From: Geosiphon pyriformis uo1
Lineage: Eukaryota; Fungi; Glomeromycota
Direction of reading: 5' to 3'
Assembly (NCBI GenBank): GCA_016748015.1
Contig: JAAOMT010000200.1
Span: forward strand, 184,984-248,983
Length of the DNA stretch: 64,000 bases
Shown here: positions 63,408 to 64,000 of the stretch, in pieces
Position numbering within the stretch: the first letter of the stretch is position 1
Layout: every line of letters starts with the position of its first letter
Position numbers and translations under genes: made by a program
The notes under the pieces: generated by a model
Told to the model about the DNA's origin: nothing
Database searches by the model: none
Seen by the model: the letters and a program-made list of their open reading frames with translations, nothing else

Positions 63408-64000
63408 ATGTTCATGAAGAAATCGGCCAGAAGTGCTACTACAAGTTCTGTGAGTAGTAGTCTGAGGCAAAAATCAAAGGTTTTGCTTGGTAAAGTTAAA
63501 TACTCAGATGATAAAGCTGATTTATCTTTCAAATTACCTATAAGTAAGCCCGACCAGTACAAAAACATGAATACCTCTTCCAAAAAAAAGTTGGGACACA
63601 AATTGAGCAAGAACTTAGGCTATGATGCTGGCAGTGAGAGTGATGGGCTGTTGGACTCTCATATCAACACCCCAAAGGCTAAATGCTTTAAATTTAATAC
63701 AGTAAAAGTTCCATCTTTGAAGCCCTGTGACTTTGGCTCTGCCATTAATGATGTCAACATAGACTTACTTCTCCCTGTTTTTTTGGAATTCTCTCTTCAT
63801 TCGGTCACTTCTGTCAAGGAGAGACTCTGCTTTGAACCAACCAAATCTTTTGCACTCGATATTGGTTTGTCAGCCATTCCCAGAAATACTCTGCATGACA
63901 AACTCAAGAGTGTCAAGAAGCTGTTTTACAAAGTTGATGGTTTTGGGGGTGTGTTGACTCCATCAAAATTTCCAGGTATTGTTAGAATGTCTTTCACGTC
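63408..64000 (+). CDS. LINE ORF1 N-terminal part (open to window end)
   Basis: Uninterrupted frame MFMKKSARS...KSFALDIGLSAIPRNTLHDKLKSVKKLFYKVDGFGGVLTPSKFPGIVRMSFT; its last segment is homologous to the first RRM-like segment of the 58336-60465 ORF (VPGATFKIKLAHVKTVFQSVHGFLDA). Confidence 0.75.
   Translation, partial: MFMKKSARSATTSSVSSSLRQKSKVLLGKVKYSDDKADLSFKLPISKPDQYKNMNTSSKKKLGHKLSKNLGYDAGSESDGLLDSHINTPKAKCFKFNTVKVPSLKPCDFGSAINDVNIDLLLPVFLEFSLHSVTSVKERLCFEPTKSFALDIGLSAIPRNTLHDKLKSVKKLFYKVDGFGGVLTPSKFPGIVRMSFT

Overview
Eukaryotic, very AT-rich fungal DNA with short spliceosomal introns. The gene and transposon content best fits Glomeromycotina, possibly a Geosiphon/Ambispora-like genome (inference). 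(1) 1-~28 kb is a nest of degenerate Ty3/Gypsy LTR retrotransposons. Minus-strand host element A (8855-26051) carries three insertions: a full-length plus-strand element B (10548-20441; intact LTRs, PBS, PPT, 4-bp TSD ACAT) in its RNase H, a solo LTR of family B in its gag, and truncated element C at the end of its integrase. B and C encode a Cys-rich domain plus dUTPase between protease and RT. All three appear to encode integrase as a separate ORF, and B has an extra ORF in the env position. (2) ~28-55 kb is a CpG-retaining host gene island: a Zn2Cys6 transcription factor, a SEL1-repeat protein, a secreted Kre9-like + 2xCBM18 chitin-binding protein, an Mx-like dynamin with a relic of a paralog, and a small TnpB/Fanzor2-like relic not on the ORF track. 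(3) ~57-64 kb holds non-LTR elements. These include a 2.3-kb ORF1-only element with poly(A) tail and 15-bp TSD (HAL1-like), an older decayed copy of it, and the start of another LINE ORF1. Repeats show strong C>T/G>A transition hypermutation, not only at CpG. All assignments come from reading motifs by eye; no database searches were run.
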